Assembly (NCBI RefSeq): GCF_011745625.1
Contig: NW_027191457.1
Span: forward strand, 248,001-312,000
Source: Cladosporium halotolerans
Taxonomy: Eukaryota
Reading direction: 5' to 3'
Length of the DNA stretch: 64,000 nucleotides
Positions 35,399 to 48,296 of the stretch are shown here, piece by piece. A program made the translations under genes and the position numbers. The notes under the pieces were generated by a model. It did no database searches, had not been told where the DNA came from, and saw only the letters and a list, made by a program, of their open reading frames with translations. Position 1 is the first letter of the stretch. Every line of letters begins with the position of its first letter.

Positions 35399-36912
35399 CT
35401 ATCTTTTTTGTGGATTTTACTACTTTGCCAGCTTTTATGTAAAATACTTTTGGTGGAGTCTACCTTATCATGGTTGCGCTCATAGACGTGTCTTGTGGGT
35501 GATGAACACCATGGTTCGAACTCGTATTTGTCGGGTCATTCACGTGCCGGTATGTCCCTCATAGGGCCATGAAAGACATATGCAGGATAGGGAGTAAGCC
35601 TTGAGTCTATCCATGCTTGGCTTTTCGAAGGGTTTGAACTAGAGAAGCGTTCAGAGAACAGGCAGTTGAATCTACAGCTATTCCGTGCACGCGCAATGAC
35701 TGCCAATCAAGAGCTTCAAAACCTCAGAACAAGCCGTTCAACACCGGTTGGGCAATATTTCAACGACCATATTATGAGAAGCGAATAGGTAGTTTGACCC
35801 AAGGCAGCGAAATTGCAAAGTATGGAGGGTTCATGGCAAGGCGTGCGAATGGCTTCACGACGCGTCGAGGGACTAGGTTTCCGTCGCGTCTATCTGCAAG
35901 GCTGCATGCTGCAGTAGGAAATTGGCGTATTTCGTGCGAAGTCTAGGTAAAGTACGGGTACAAATGTAGCTCCATCGTTATGTCTCAACGGCTCAAAGCA
36001 TCAATTTGAAATCTGGGAATTCCAGCGGGCAGAGCAATTTATTATCGTATTAGAGTGTTCTCCCCAACCTCTCAACCTCAGTAGTTCAGGACCAAAGATT
36101 ACCAGTCACTCCTATGACCAGAATGCTCTGTGCCCTACTTGGAGCTACAAAGTACACAAGTACCCCATGTACAGCCTCCCAGGGGCGAGATGCTTCGAAC
36201 CAGGGACGCGGGCCCCTCGCAGCAAACACGTGTATGGAAGATCCCTGGAATCTGCATCTCGTCGGGGCGTGAAGACGCGCGCAGTTGAGTCCGTCGCGGC
36301 GCCGGTGCATTCGGGAGGGGCGGAGCGATTCAGGTGGCGGCTGTCTGCAGGCCGCGAGCCAGCCGAAGAGCCGCTGGCTCAGGGGCACGTCTGCGCGCTT
36401 GTGAACCCTCGATGCTCGAGCCCGAGCTGTGCTGCGAAGGCCAGGCGCGCTGCACCGCACCGCACAGCAAGGCGTCCTCGCCCTCCCGCTCACGCAAAAT
36501 AACGTGCATTGCGTCTTCAATACCCTCCAACCAGCAATCTCATCCTGTGTCGCGCCTATTCCGGTCCGCAACGCCTCCTCAACGCCCCGTCTGACCGCGA
36601 TCCGCGCAACTTTCATCACCGCCAACGGCCGCGGGCTGATCCAATCAACGCATCCCTGCTGCGATCCTGACACCGCGTGCTCTGCCCGGCCCGCCGCCCA
36701 TTTCCTCGGACGTCGTGTCGAGACAGCATAGGCCTCCTGCTCGTGTTCCACGCACCGCTGTCTTTCTAGTGACCGGCAATGTTCTAAACGCGAGTGTGCC
36801 TGGGCTGCTGGTGAAAGAAACAGCCACCTGCTACGACGGAAACGCGCTCAGTTCGTAGCCAACAAGATCCATTATTACACGACATACCCCGGCCGACACT
36901 TTCTCGAGGACC

Positions 36913-39720
36913 ATGGTCCACAGTGTCAAGGCATCCTACCACGGAGACGGATACGGTGACGAGTGGGATGACTACGACTCCTATCCGCTGACGCCGCAGC
37001 GCTCGAATTCCAGCAGCAACTACAAACCCGCCGCGAAGCCCACGGGGCTGAACGGCAACCCCTACGATCGCAAGGACTACCACTCTCCACCCGAAGACCG
37101 AGCGAGCTTCACCATGGCCCTGAACACGAAGATGCGGAACTCCAACCAGGATGCAGTAGGCATGCATCTCCTCTACGAGACGGCTATGTTGGATTCGCAC
37201 AGCTACGAGGTCCTGACGCTGGAAGAGGTGGAGGAGCTGAAGAAGGAGCACACACGGTTACAGTCGCGAATTGAGGGCGCACAGAGGAAATTGAAGCTGG
37301 AAAGCAAGGTCAAGGATGCGGCCACGAATCTTCAGCGACTGTACTCTGGGGACTCGACTCGCGCCGATTCACCACAAAATCCGGACAGCCCTAAGCGGGC
37401 TCGGAGGAGCTTGCTCAGTGGAAGGCAAAGGAGCAGCAGCAATGCCAGCAATGAAGGAAAGACGTTGAGTCAGACGGAGAGTGAGCTGGTCACGAGTACA
37501 CGCAAGGTGGACGAGCTGAACGAGACGATCAAAAGCCTATTGGACCGCAGGCAGACTGTCGAAAGCAAGCTTTTGCGCCACACGGCCGCCGTACTGGCTG
37601 AGCAACAAAGCAAGAATGCAGAGGAAACCCCCAGCAGATCGCGTGCGGTTGACGAAGACGATGCGAGCACATACTCTCCTGACGAATTCGACGGCATTCG
37701 CGACATCCTGCTTAGTAGGCCGGCCCATGCGAGCGCGAAACTCCAGAAGCACGGCAAATTGAACGAGGACCATGAGCAGCAGCTCCACAGCATGCAGACC
37801 AGGCTGGAGCACCTGAACGACCAGCTGAGAAATGTCATTGATGAGGCCAGCAGGACGCGTGGCGTCTCACCAGTGCCGGAGCCTCACTATAGCCCAGTCG
37901 TCGGCGACGACACTGCAGCAAAATTGAGCTCCCACTTCGATCGGTTCGAGAACAACCTCCGCGCCTTGCAGCAGGAACAAGAGGAAGCGAAAAAGCATTA
38001 CGCTCAAGTTCAAGAGAGCTCATATCATGCAAGCAATTCTGTGGAGGAGCAGCTGGAGGGCCTCAACACGCAGCTTTACAACACTCTATTACTGTCGCCT
38101 GCTGCGCAATCGATCACAGACTTGCAGGAGCCGCCAAAAGCATCTGGACACGGCTACCAGCCTCAGTTGGCGTATTTGGAGGAGAGCTTCCTTAACATCG
38201 AGCAGCTCCTTCGCCGCCACACAGATGAGCTGCAAGCTGCGGGAGAGAACGGCGAATCCGAAGAGAAGACTCTCGCACAGACTAAGAAGCTGGACGAATA
38301 CGAGGCCACGATCGGTGGGCTATGGGAGATTATGCAAGCAGAACAATCTCTTCTCCGGACACCTCCACTCGACGAGGGCCGCTTCTCTGGCGCCGAGCAA
38401 ATGCCCCGGTCGCCATTGAGCGACTCATTCTCTCTTCCGGCCTTCAGCTCCCGTGTTCAGCACCTCTTCAACCGCGCTTCCGCGGCGAATGAGCAGCACG
38501 ACATTCTCCGCAGGCAGATCCAGCAGCAGCGCGAGCTGAACGGCAAATCTGATGCAGAGAAGGACCGCCAGCTGGAGGAGCTCACCACAAAGCACGAGCA
38601 GTTGGTCGCCTCTGGCGAGCAAATGCAAGATGAGCTCGCCAAGTCGATGGCGCACCACCAGCAAGCTGAGACTGAGATCAACCAGCTGAAGGCAGAGCTT
38701 CTCAATGTGGAGAATGAGTTTACCGAGCTTCGTCGCACTGCGGAGCTTAAGCACCAGGAGCGCGAGGAGATGGCACGCCAGCTGCAAGCTCAGCAGGAAA
38801 ACACTGGCCATCTCCAGCAGGAGATCCAAGAACTCGAGGCCCAGGCGGCGAACATCGAATCGAACTCTGCGGCTCATGCCGAGCTCACCGCACAGCTCAC
38901 CGCCGCCAATGCTGCGCGCGAGCAAGCAGAGCAGAAGCACTCAGCCGCGATGAAGGAGATGGAGCAAGTCGAATCGGAGGTCGTCCGCCTCAGCACCGAG
39001 CTCACCATGGCCAAAGCCGAGCTGGACGGCGCCTACGGCTCACGCGCCGAGCGCGCGAAGGAAGCCCAGGGCAGCGAGATCCAAGTCCTCTCGCAGCGCA
39101 ACGCCGAAATCACCTCCGAACTCGCAGCTCTGCGCGCGGGCGGCGACAACCGCGCCAAGGCTCTCGAGGAAGAACTGCAGGCCATGACCGCGGACTTCCA
39201 GGAGCTGACGCGCGAGGCTTTGCAGCAGGAGCACGAGCGCGGCCAGCTCGACGCGCTGATCGACGGCCTCAGAGACCGCTGCGAGGCGCTCGAGGGACAG
39301 CTCAGCGACGAGCGCGTGCGCTGGATCGGCACGCGAAGCCCGTCGACGCCCATGGCGGGCGAGAACGGCGCCGTGCCGCTCGTCAAGGAGCCGACGAGCA
39401 TGCAGGTCATGAGGCAGGAGTTCAAGAAGATGATGCGCGAGACTCGCGCCGAGGGCGTGCGCTTGCTTAGGGTAAGTCGTGTTCAATCTCCCAGGAGAGA
39501 TTTATAGCGGTAGCAGCAGCTAACAAAAATCCACCAGGTCGAGCAAGACGAACGCCGCAAACTCGAAGCCGAAGTCCGCCGCCTCAAAAACGCCAGCAAC
39601 GGCAACGGCGCCGCCAGCCCTTCGCTCTCGCGCCCCGACGGCGACAGGCTGAGCATCAACGGCCACGGCCACGGAAGGGCCGTCAGCTACAGTACGGGTA
39701 ATTCTTCGACTCGTGGCTGA
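36913..39720 (+). CDS. Up-regulated during septation 1 (Uds1)-domain coiled-coil protein
   Basis: MHLLYETAMLDSHSYEVLTLEEVEELKKE...RKLKLESKVKDAA...LLRHTAAVL plus long heptad regions. Intron 39472-39537 (GTAAGT...GCTAAC...CAG); last exon VEQDERRKLEAE... ends at TGA 39720. Confidence 0.8.
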
Positions 39721-40736
39721 TGACATCCCCCTTCTCCTCACGCTTCCGCATCCGACCTGACGCATTGCATTTTGATTCGATACTTCACAACTTTCACTTC
39801 GCCGCATCACGATGATGAATCTTGCACTTTGTACTTTTACTTCTTCCATTCGGCGGCTCTTGATCTTTTTTTCTCTCATGGTCATTTCCAGGCATGGTTT
39901 CGATACAAGTGATAGATCTTTCTTACTTCACTTCATTTCACTTCGGTTCATTTGCTCTTCGTGCGATCTTCTCTTCTTTTTCAATGGCATCTTCACTGCA
40001 TGCCACCGCGTTGCTTTTGCCACAACCAGTTCCGCTTTCTACTTTGCACTTTCACCTCATTCAAAGAGAACAAAGGACGGAACCACGAGCACGAACGTTG
40101 ACTTTGATGATTTCGTAGTTACGAGAGTTCTCAAATGCCCTGCTTCGACCAGCATCTCCGCCGTTTCTGTGCCTTCATCCACTTTCGTCCGTGAAGGACC
40201 GCGGCGCGAGGCTCGGAACGGGCGGGGAAAGGGAAGGACGAGCAGGGTAGTATGATGATATCAGATGGAGAGTCTTGAGGGAATGGAGGTGCATTCGGAC
40301 GGTCATGTCCTGTCGAGCGGCTGCTCGTTCTTTGTGTTTCATTCTTTCCTACGAGGCACGCATCTGGAGTGGGGGGAATGCCGGAGCGGGCAGCTTGTTG
40401 CTTCATCACTACGTATGGTGGGAATGAATGAAGATCACCTGAGCGAGCTTCGCAAGATTGCTGTGATGTCAAGACATGATTGATTTCATTCTCCCATCCA
40501 TCAGAGGATGTGGAGATCGGTGTGAGATTCCGGATCGGTTTGATTTCGCGTTTCAATTCATGTCTAGCTGAGTTTGGTCGTAAGCCATGCCGATGCCCGC
40601 CTTGTCCTCTTTGCCTCCCGGTCTACGCTAAAAGCAGCAACAGCATGGAGCACAGTACGATGCGTCCCCTGCCTCCCAAAAGACCCAAGCAAGCAAGCAA
40701 TCCTCCCCTCCCTCTCCTCCAACGCCACCCTCGACC

Positions 40737-42166
40737 TCAAGCGCTAAAAACCCTCACGTTCAAATCCACGCTCCCGCACGCAATGAGACAGCGAATCTGC
40801 TCCTGCACATCGCCATTCGCCTGCGCGCCATCCCCCGCCGCCGCAGCGCCCTCCTTGAAAACGCTCGGCGCCCAGCGCAGACAGCTAACAAAGTGGTCCG
40901 CCGCCTCGACGACGCGCACGCACTTGCCCTCCTGGCTCAGATCCCAGCAGCGCACGGTCTTGTCGTCGGAGCACGAGAGCAGGTACTTGCCGCCGGGGTG
41001 GAAGGCGAGCGCGCGGATCCAGTTGTCGTGGCCCGTGAGCGTCTTGATGCAGACGCCGTTGGCGCCGAACAGCTTGATCTGCTTATCGCGGCCGCCAGTC
41101 GCGAGGTACTCGGCGCTGCTGCTCGCGGGCGGCGGCTTTTTGAGGCCTGCTATTGAGGCCAGGTACTTGTAGGCTGTGGGCGGCGCGAAGGCGCAGCATT
41201 CGACGACGTGCTCGTGCGCGAGGAAGGTTTGTTTCAGGGAATTGCTTTCGGGCTGCGAGAGGTCCCACATGCGCGCGGTTTGGTCGGAGGAGGTCGAGAG
41301 GAGCCAGCGCCCGTCGACGGTGGGGTGCAGGGAGCGCACCCAGTCGCCGTGGCCGCGGAGGGTGCGCAGGCAGTAGCCGGTGGTGACGTCCCATATGCGG
41401 ATGGTTTTGTCGCGGCTGGCGGAGGCGAGGAGGTTGCCGGACAATGGAGCGCCGGCGGCGCCGGAGGGGATGAAGCGTACGCTGCTGACGCTGTGGTCGT
41501 GGCCGGGCAGGGTGCGGATGTTCTTGTATTCGTCTGAGGGGTCCCAGAGCTTGATGGTCAGATCTGAGGAACAAGATGCGAGTAATGTGTTGCCGCGGGG
41601 TCCGCCGAAGTCGACATCCAGGACTGCTTTTGTATGCGATTTGAGTGTTCGCTCGAGCTCGCCAAGTTCGTAGTCCCAGATCTTGATGGTGCAATCTTCG
41701 CTGCCGGATGCTAATGACGAGAACAATGGGTGGAATGCAACGCACGTTATGGGCTGTCTGTGGCTCTGCAACGTGTGTCGAGCGGGTGCTCTAGGCAGCC
41801 AGGTCGAAGGGTCGTGATTCTTCCTTGCTGCGAGGGAGGTGGGCGTCGCGTTGTCAAGTTCGTGCTGAAGCTGGCCTGCACGTGTCTCCAATTCCATGAT
41901 CTTCTTCTGCAACCTCACCACGGAGGTCCATTTCTTCTCCAGCAGGCCCTCATATTTCTTCGCAGTCGCCGGGTCGAAGGTCTCTTCGGGGACGTTGAGC
42001 TCCTCGCGGATCGTTTGCGCGGCTTTGGCGTAGCCAGCGGAATTCAGATATGCGATCAGGGACTTGTGGCTGTTAGCAACGGCTTAATCAGCGAGAGGAC
42101 CGAGAAGAGGAGGTGGGAGAGTGCGTACAGCTCATCGGCTTGTCGGGATGTCAACAGTGCGCTCAT
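40737..42166 (-). CDS. nudF: LIS1/Pac1/NudF dynein regulator (LisH, coiled coil, WD40)
   Basis: [21 protein letters not shown] across intron 42070-42128; [22 protein letters not shown]40 repeats. Confidence 0.95.
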
Positions 42167-42942
42167 GGTGGCAGCCTCCTGGTGCGTCCATGCGCGGGTG
42201 GAGGAGCTGCGGGTGAAGATGCGGTGTCGAGCTGTGTGCGCGCGTGGACAGCGTTGGCGGTGCTGTAGTTGTCTTGCCTATCTCGGCGGGAGATGTTTTG
42301 GTGCGGTGCGGTGTGTGGCTTGTGGATGTTTGTGAGGTACGGGAGCACACAATATTCGTTACAGCGGACCGTCGCAGGAGCAGTGACAGGCAGTGAGGTC
42401 GGACGCAATCTCACGGGAGCAGACGACGAGGTGCTTCGAGGGGTATGCCTCCAGAGTAAGGCACAATGGGCGATGCAGGCGGTGGTGGTGGCATGTTTCG
42501 CCCGGTGCGCCTCTCCGCCTCGCGCGCGGTGGGCGTCGCGATCTGCGAGTGGCGCGTGCGCGGGCCGGCACTGCGTTGCTGTGTGTGGCGGCGGTTGTTT
42601 ACTGCGCGAGGCACAACCCTGAAGCCCGCCCTGCCCACATCATCATCGCAGCCCAATCCGCTACCATATCGCGCACCCTGCGAGCCCCAGTCACGCAGTC
42701 TAGAAAAACACTCCGCACAACAACACCGCTTTCTACCCGGCCTGCGCGCCATAGCAACCACCTCGATTCGACGACCTGCCAGTCACACATTCGTCCGAAA
42801 TTGCCTTACGACCCGACCCGGTCATTTCACATCTCAGAAAGAACCCTTCACCGAAAACATTGCGCCGACGACTCGATCAATGATCGTGCCTCACCTGGAA
42901 GTCACCTAAGCATACCACGCACAATAAGACATCGCCGCGACC

Positions 42943-45728
42943 ATGGGCGACGTGGAGGAATTCGCACAGCTACCCCTCACGGAACAGTTCACGCACAAGA
43001 ACTGGAAGGCGCGGAAGGGCGGCTACGAGACTGCAACGAAAGAATTCAAGACCGCACAACCCTCAGATCCGACTCTCCGAGAGTTCATCCTAGACAGCGG
43101 ACTGTGGAAGGGCGCGGTAGCCGATTCGAACGTTGCGGCGCAACAGGAGGCGCTGAATGCTTACAATGCCTTCCTTGACGCTGCCGGGGCTGAGGGAGCG
43201 AAGAAGACTCGTGCGAGCACGGTCACACCGATCGTTGAGAAGGGTCTGACGGGAAGGCCTGTGGCCAAACAAGCCGCCACCGAGGCTTTACTGCTCTTGA
43301 TCGAACTGGACAGGCCGGACCCGGTGATCGAGGAGCTGCTACCCCTGGTTTCCCACAAACTTCCCAAGATCATCACCGCTACCCTCGGCGCGCTGAAGGA
43401 GATCTACCACGCATACGGCTGCAAGACCGTTGAGCCCAAACCGGTCTTGAAGCTGCTTCCCAAAGCCTACGGACATGCAGACAAGAACGTCCGTGCTGAG
43501 GCACAGGCGCTTACAGTCGAATTGTACAGATGGCTGCGGGAGGCCATGAAGCCCTTGTTCTGGGGCGAGCTGAAGCCTGTGCAGCAGACGGATCTGGAGA
43601 AGCTATTCGAGCCGATCAAAGACGAGCCGATGCCGAAGCAAGAGCGACTGCTGCGATCACAACAAGCGGCCATGGAGGAAGCTGAGGAGGCGGGCGGCGA
43701 CGACGCTGGCGGAGGGGGCGAGGGCGAAGAGGACGCTGCCATCGATCTCGAGCCAGAGTATGAGGCGGTCGATGCACTTTCTAAGATTCCTGGCGACTTT
43801 AATGAGCGTCTCGGCAGCGCTAAATGGAAAGACCGAAAAGAAGCATTGGAGGAGACTTTTGCGGTCGTCAACGTGGCTGCCATCCAAGAGGGCTCATTCG
43901 ACGATGTCATTCGCGGCTGCGCCAAGAGCATGAAAGATGCGAATATCATGGTGGTCACGGTGGCGGCAAATGTGGTTGAGGCGCTAGCAAAGGGCTTGAA
44001 GAAGGGATTCGCCAGGTACCGAAGCCAAATTCTTCCTGCAATGCTCGAAAGGTTCAAGGAAAAGAAGCCGTCGGTCACAGATGCTATCGGTGCCGCTTGC
44101 GACGCGGTGTACGCATCGACAGGTCTAGGCGATATCATGGCTGACGTGCTGGAGGCGCTCAAGAATAAAAACCCTCAAGTCAGGGAGAACTCGGCCAAGT
44201 TCCTCGTGCGCGGCTTGAAGGCAACGAAGGAGGCACCCACCCCTGAGCAGACGAAGGAAATCGCCGAGCCTGCCAAGAAGCTGCTTGCTGAGAGCACGGC
44301 TGGCCTGAGAGATGTTGGCGCCGAGATTCTGGGTGTGCTTTGGAAAATAATGGGCGACAGGAACATGCTTGCTCACCTGGAAGGCTTGACCGACATTCAC
44401 AAGAACAAGGTGAAGGAGGCTTCGGAAGCAGCGGAAGTCAAGGCGAAATGGAAGCCTAAGGCCGCGCCGCCACCCAAGGCTGCCGTGCCTCCTGGAAAGA
44501 AACCTGCACTCGGGACGAAGAGACCGGCGGCTGGTGGTGTGAAGAAACCCGCACCGAAAGCCGCAAGCCCCCCTCCTGCAGAAGATGCGCCTCTCGCACC
44601 CCGACCAACATCAAGACCAGCAGGCAAGCCTGGCGTCAGGCCTCCTGGTGGTGTCAAGCCTCCAGGAACCGGTTTGCAGAAGCCTGGTTCCGGTCTGAAA
44701 GCCCCTGGATCCGGCCTCGCATCGCCGTCGAAACGTCAAGGTATGGTAATGGACGATCCTCCACCCGCAGTACCCAAGCCCGGTCTTGCAGCCGCAGGTC
44801 GGGGCCTCGCTGGCCGACCATTGGGGAAGCCCGCCACCGCACCTTCGTCTCCTCCACCTACACCGAGACAAGAGGGACCTTCGTCAGCCCTTTCGTCGAT
44901 TGAACGCCAAGAACTTTACGATCTGCGCGCCGAAATCGACCTTGTCCGCCAGCAAACCTCCGACCTCCGCACCGACAAGATGAAACTCACCTCCCAGATC
45001 TCCGAACTTCAAAACCAAAACGCACAGCTCATCGAAGACCACACCCGCGACGTCCTGCAAATCAAAGCCAAAGAAACCCAGCTCGTGCGCGCCCGCTCCG
45101 ACGCCGAAACAGCCGAAGACCGCGCCAACACGCTCTCGCGCGAGGTCGAGCGCCTCAAGCGCGAAATCACCCGCCTCGGCCGCAGCACGCAGAGCGGCCG
45201 CGACAGCCCCGTCGACGCCGGCTACGGCGCCGGCGGCCTGGGCATGATGGGCAACGGCTCCACGCCGCGCGGCGGCTACGGCAGGTCGTCTTTCACCATG
45301 CCGCCTCCCGCGCGCGCGTACAGCGGCGAGAACCACTACGGCGGTGGCGGCGCCGGCGGCGAAGGTAAGGAGAACGTCCCCGACTTCGAGCACGGCGGCG
45401 ACGGCGGCAAGCTGAGTCCGCGTTTTCACTCAGCTGCTTCGAGGCCGATGTCGAACCCGTCGAGCGGGCGGGGGACGCCGAACGGGGAGGATGCGGGTCG
45501 CGTTGGTGGCTCGGGCAGCAGCCAGGGGTCTATGAGCAGGAACGCGAGCGCGGGCGGGGATGGGGTTGAGAGTTGGAAGCGCGCGGCGGAGGTGACGCAG
45601 AATCTTAAGGCGAGGATCGAGATGATGAAGGTGAGTTTTTTTGCTGAATTGTTGATGTTGGATGAGAGCGATTGGCTGACTTTCTTTCACCACAGGCACG
45701 GCAAAATATCGGACGACAACAGCAATGA
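42943..45728 (+). CDS. stu2: XMAP215/Stu2/Alp14 TOG-domain microtubule polymerase
   Basis: Two TOG domains (HKNWKARKGGYE; SAKWKDRKEALE), a basic Pro/Lys linker, a coiled coil and C-terminal SWKRAAEVTQNLKARIEMMK|ARQNIGRQQQ via intron 45631-45695. Confidence 0.93.
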
Positions 45729-46530
45729 ACAACAAATACCCCGTAGCAACTTGGAGGGATGTGGATAAGGACAGTCTGGGAGGTCACTGGCTAGAACTTA
45801 CCTACTTTTCCCTGAGGATAAAGGACTACTTGATGAGGAGACCCTGGGGCATTTGGACTGGTGCTTCTGGATCGGGTTTTGGTTTATTATGCTTTTGTTT
45901 TCCTTTCCACGTATTATACCACTTCGGTTTTCTCGACGTTAATCGCATCCGTTCATAAGATCAGGGGCAAGCCGTGGCATTCGGCTGAGAGGTATATCGT
46001 CCGCTTGTATACATTCTGTTCATGTTCATCTTGCTCGTCATCGCCGTTTGAATCCGTCACCTCTGCAATGCACTTACCATCAAGGGAAACTAGGTTCCAG
46101 GTTCAGCAGCATCTCCCATGGGTGACCTGCCATCCCTGTCTACTCTTCGTGGGCGAGTATGACGTCGTGGTTGTGTTCGGCTTTGTCCTGGACATTGTAC
46201 GACCCCCAATTCTTCGTAGCCGGTATCATCAAACGATGCTAGCTCCGGTATGATTTCCATTGATCGGGTCGCTTTCTTCTCAAACCGTTGTTTTCCGCCC
46301 GTAGGACGCAAGACTCCATCAGCACCAGTCAATCTCATGAGGAGATTTCCAGACGTGGAAATCTCTGTGACTTGTGCATCTTCGTGTGGCTGTACTGCAC
46401 AGGTCTGCCGGGATCAGCTGTGGTATATTGAGAATTACAAAAATGAGGTCAGATTCCCCGGATGTCTAGAAACATTTCGGGGTATATATATTGAGTACCC
46501 GGAAGAAGCTCAAAAATAGGTGCAAAAATG

Positions 46531-46670
46531 CGACGTTGGCAGGATTCGAACCTACGCGTCCGAAGACATTTGATATCGTATAGTAATCAAGGTACAGCGC
46601 CGAATCATTCGAAACAGGCAACATCCCTCAAAGTTCGAGTCAAACCCAGTAACCACTTTGGTACAACGCC
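46531..46670 (-). tRNA. tRNA-Ser(CGA) with canonical-position 59-nt intron (46575-46633)
   Basis: Minus strand: acceptor GGCGTTG/CAACGTC, anticodon stem TTTGA/TCAAA with CGA, variable arm GTC-TTCG-GAC, B box GGTTCGAATCC, G73, T5 terminator. Confidence 0.92.
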
Positions 46671-48272
46671 GTGTATGACGACATCCAGGCATTGATGACA
46701 ATATGAAGCTTTGTCAAAACTGAGGCCAGCCTCTTTGCACGTTAACACCGCAGTATAGTCCAAATATACGATCTAGGGAATAGAGAGATCCGAATTAGCT
46801 GCCTTACCGCAGATTCGAATCCACCCAAGAAGCAATTGAAGCATCAATTTTAGTAAGAGCGATGATGCTTCTTCGAACAGACAGGTCCGAACTCCTAGGT
46901 GCCAGGAACTTGTTAGTCTTAGGATATACTATCCACCTCGTCTCGTACATTCTCATAGTTTTTTAAGGACAGCAGACCTCCTTGCGTTGTGTAGATACAT
47001 GTATGGACTCATAGAAAGACGGGGATATAATGTGATTCATACGGCGATAACATAAGATGATGGCATTTGAGGTTTATGCTAGGTACGATTTTTACCAGGC
47101 TTTGGTCAATAAGAGCATGCTCGAAATTACCGTGTACGGAAACCTAGAGAATGTTTCACGTGTGTAATATAGAGCTAATGGTGGCTAGCAGGTCAAACGT
47201 GAGGGAGGTGCCCTCGAGCAAGCATCTCGATTGCGGACCACTGATTTGTCCAGGCGCAAAACAAGGTTTTGCTTAATCCGTAAGACGAGGGTAGCGGGAA
47301 AAAAGTACAAGACACGGAAAAACTCCCTCGCCAAACAGTGCCATAGTCCCGCCTCCTACGACAACGACAACAGAACGGCAAACCCGGGATTCCACAAAAC
47401 ACCTCCGACGATTCTCGCAAGACGTGCGGCAAAGCCGGCGTTATGCGGATCTCGTGTCGACACGGAGAGGGATTTCTCCTAGATAAGCAAATGCCTCTCC
47501 GCGAAATGGAGGAGTCGGTGTCTGCGTAGGTAAATACGATAAACATGGACAAATGCTTTGGCTGCTTGCCCGACATTTCCCGAGGAGTTGGTATTGGTAT
47601 AGCCGCGGGCTTCGGCTTGCTGCGCTGGGGCTGGAACGAGGAATTGCAGGCGGAGAATTGGAGCAGTGTGCCGTTTCAGAAAGAATTGAAGGAGTTCCAC
47701 GGGTTCTAGCATCCCGGATCTTCGGAATGTGAGGCTGTAAACACGAGGACAAGACATAGACGAGAATGCTACGAGGTGTTTCAAAGCGTACCGCCGAGCG
47801 GGTATGGCCTCAATGGCTGCCATGCGGGTTTGTATTTGGAGCAACGTCTTCGTGATGCACTGGCCAATGCTACTGCAATTCCGTCACAGCGCAAGAGGCG
47901 ATCATCAATGTAAAAGTAAAAGTCGAGACCCAAGCTCGTTGCGTGGGGAGCAACGTGTCAGTCGATCTAGCCCTGTCACACGCATGTGATAGAAATACCA
48001 TCTACGTCGAATGCCGAGCGGGCCTGAGCCCGACGTCCGCGCAAAAAGCTCCAAAACAAGGGAACAGCGTCCGCGGAGCAGGGCAGTGCATATTTGGATA
48101 CACGAGGATATACCGAGTGCGTAGGGCAGAAAATTCGAAAATGTTGGCAGCGACTGTGATGCCAGGGTGATGTCGGTGTGCTGGCTGGCAACAGGTGGAT
48201 TTTCTGATCGCGCTCAACATCATCCAGGAACGGGCAGGCACGCAGCCTGGCAGCAACGGCGGCAGCTCCACC

Positions 48273-48296
48273 CCGGTCTGCTCCGGCGGAGCGCGG
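48273..48296. promoter_or_regulatory. Overlapping inverted CCG-N7-CCG sites (AcuK/AcuM-type gluconeogenic element) upstream of fbp1
   Basis: CCGGTCTGCTCCG (48273-48285) and CGGCGGAGCGCGG (48284-48296); TATAAA at 48413-48418. Confidence 0.5.

Noticed and set aside
46575..46633. 59-nt tRNA-Ser intron as a second spliceosomal-type intron
   Set aside because: It sits at the canonical 37/38 position and lacks GT/AG ends and a branch site, so it is an ordinary TSEN-type intron.
46838..46871. 9-bp inverted repeat GAAGCATCA/TGATGCTTC upstream of tRNA-Ser
   Set aside because: Short and isolated, with no target-site duplication or element structure.
47193..47844. Short minus-strand ORFs between tRNA-Ser and fbp1
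   Set aside because: No recognisable motifs or consistent exon structure.
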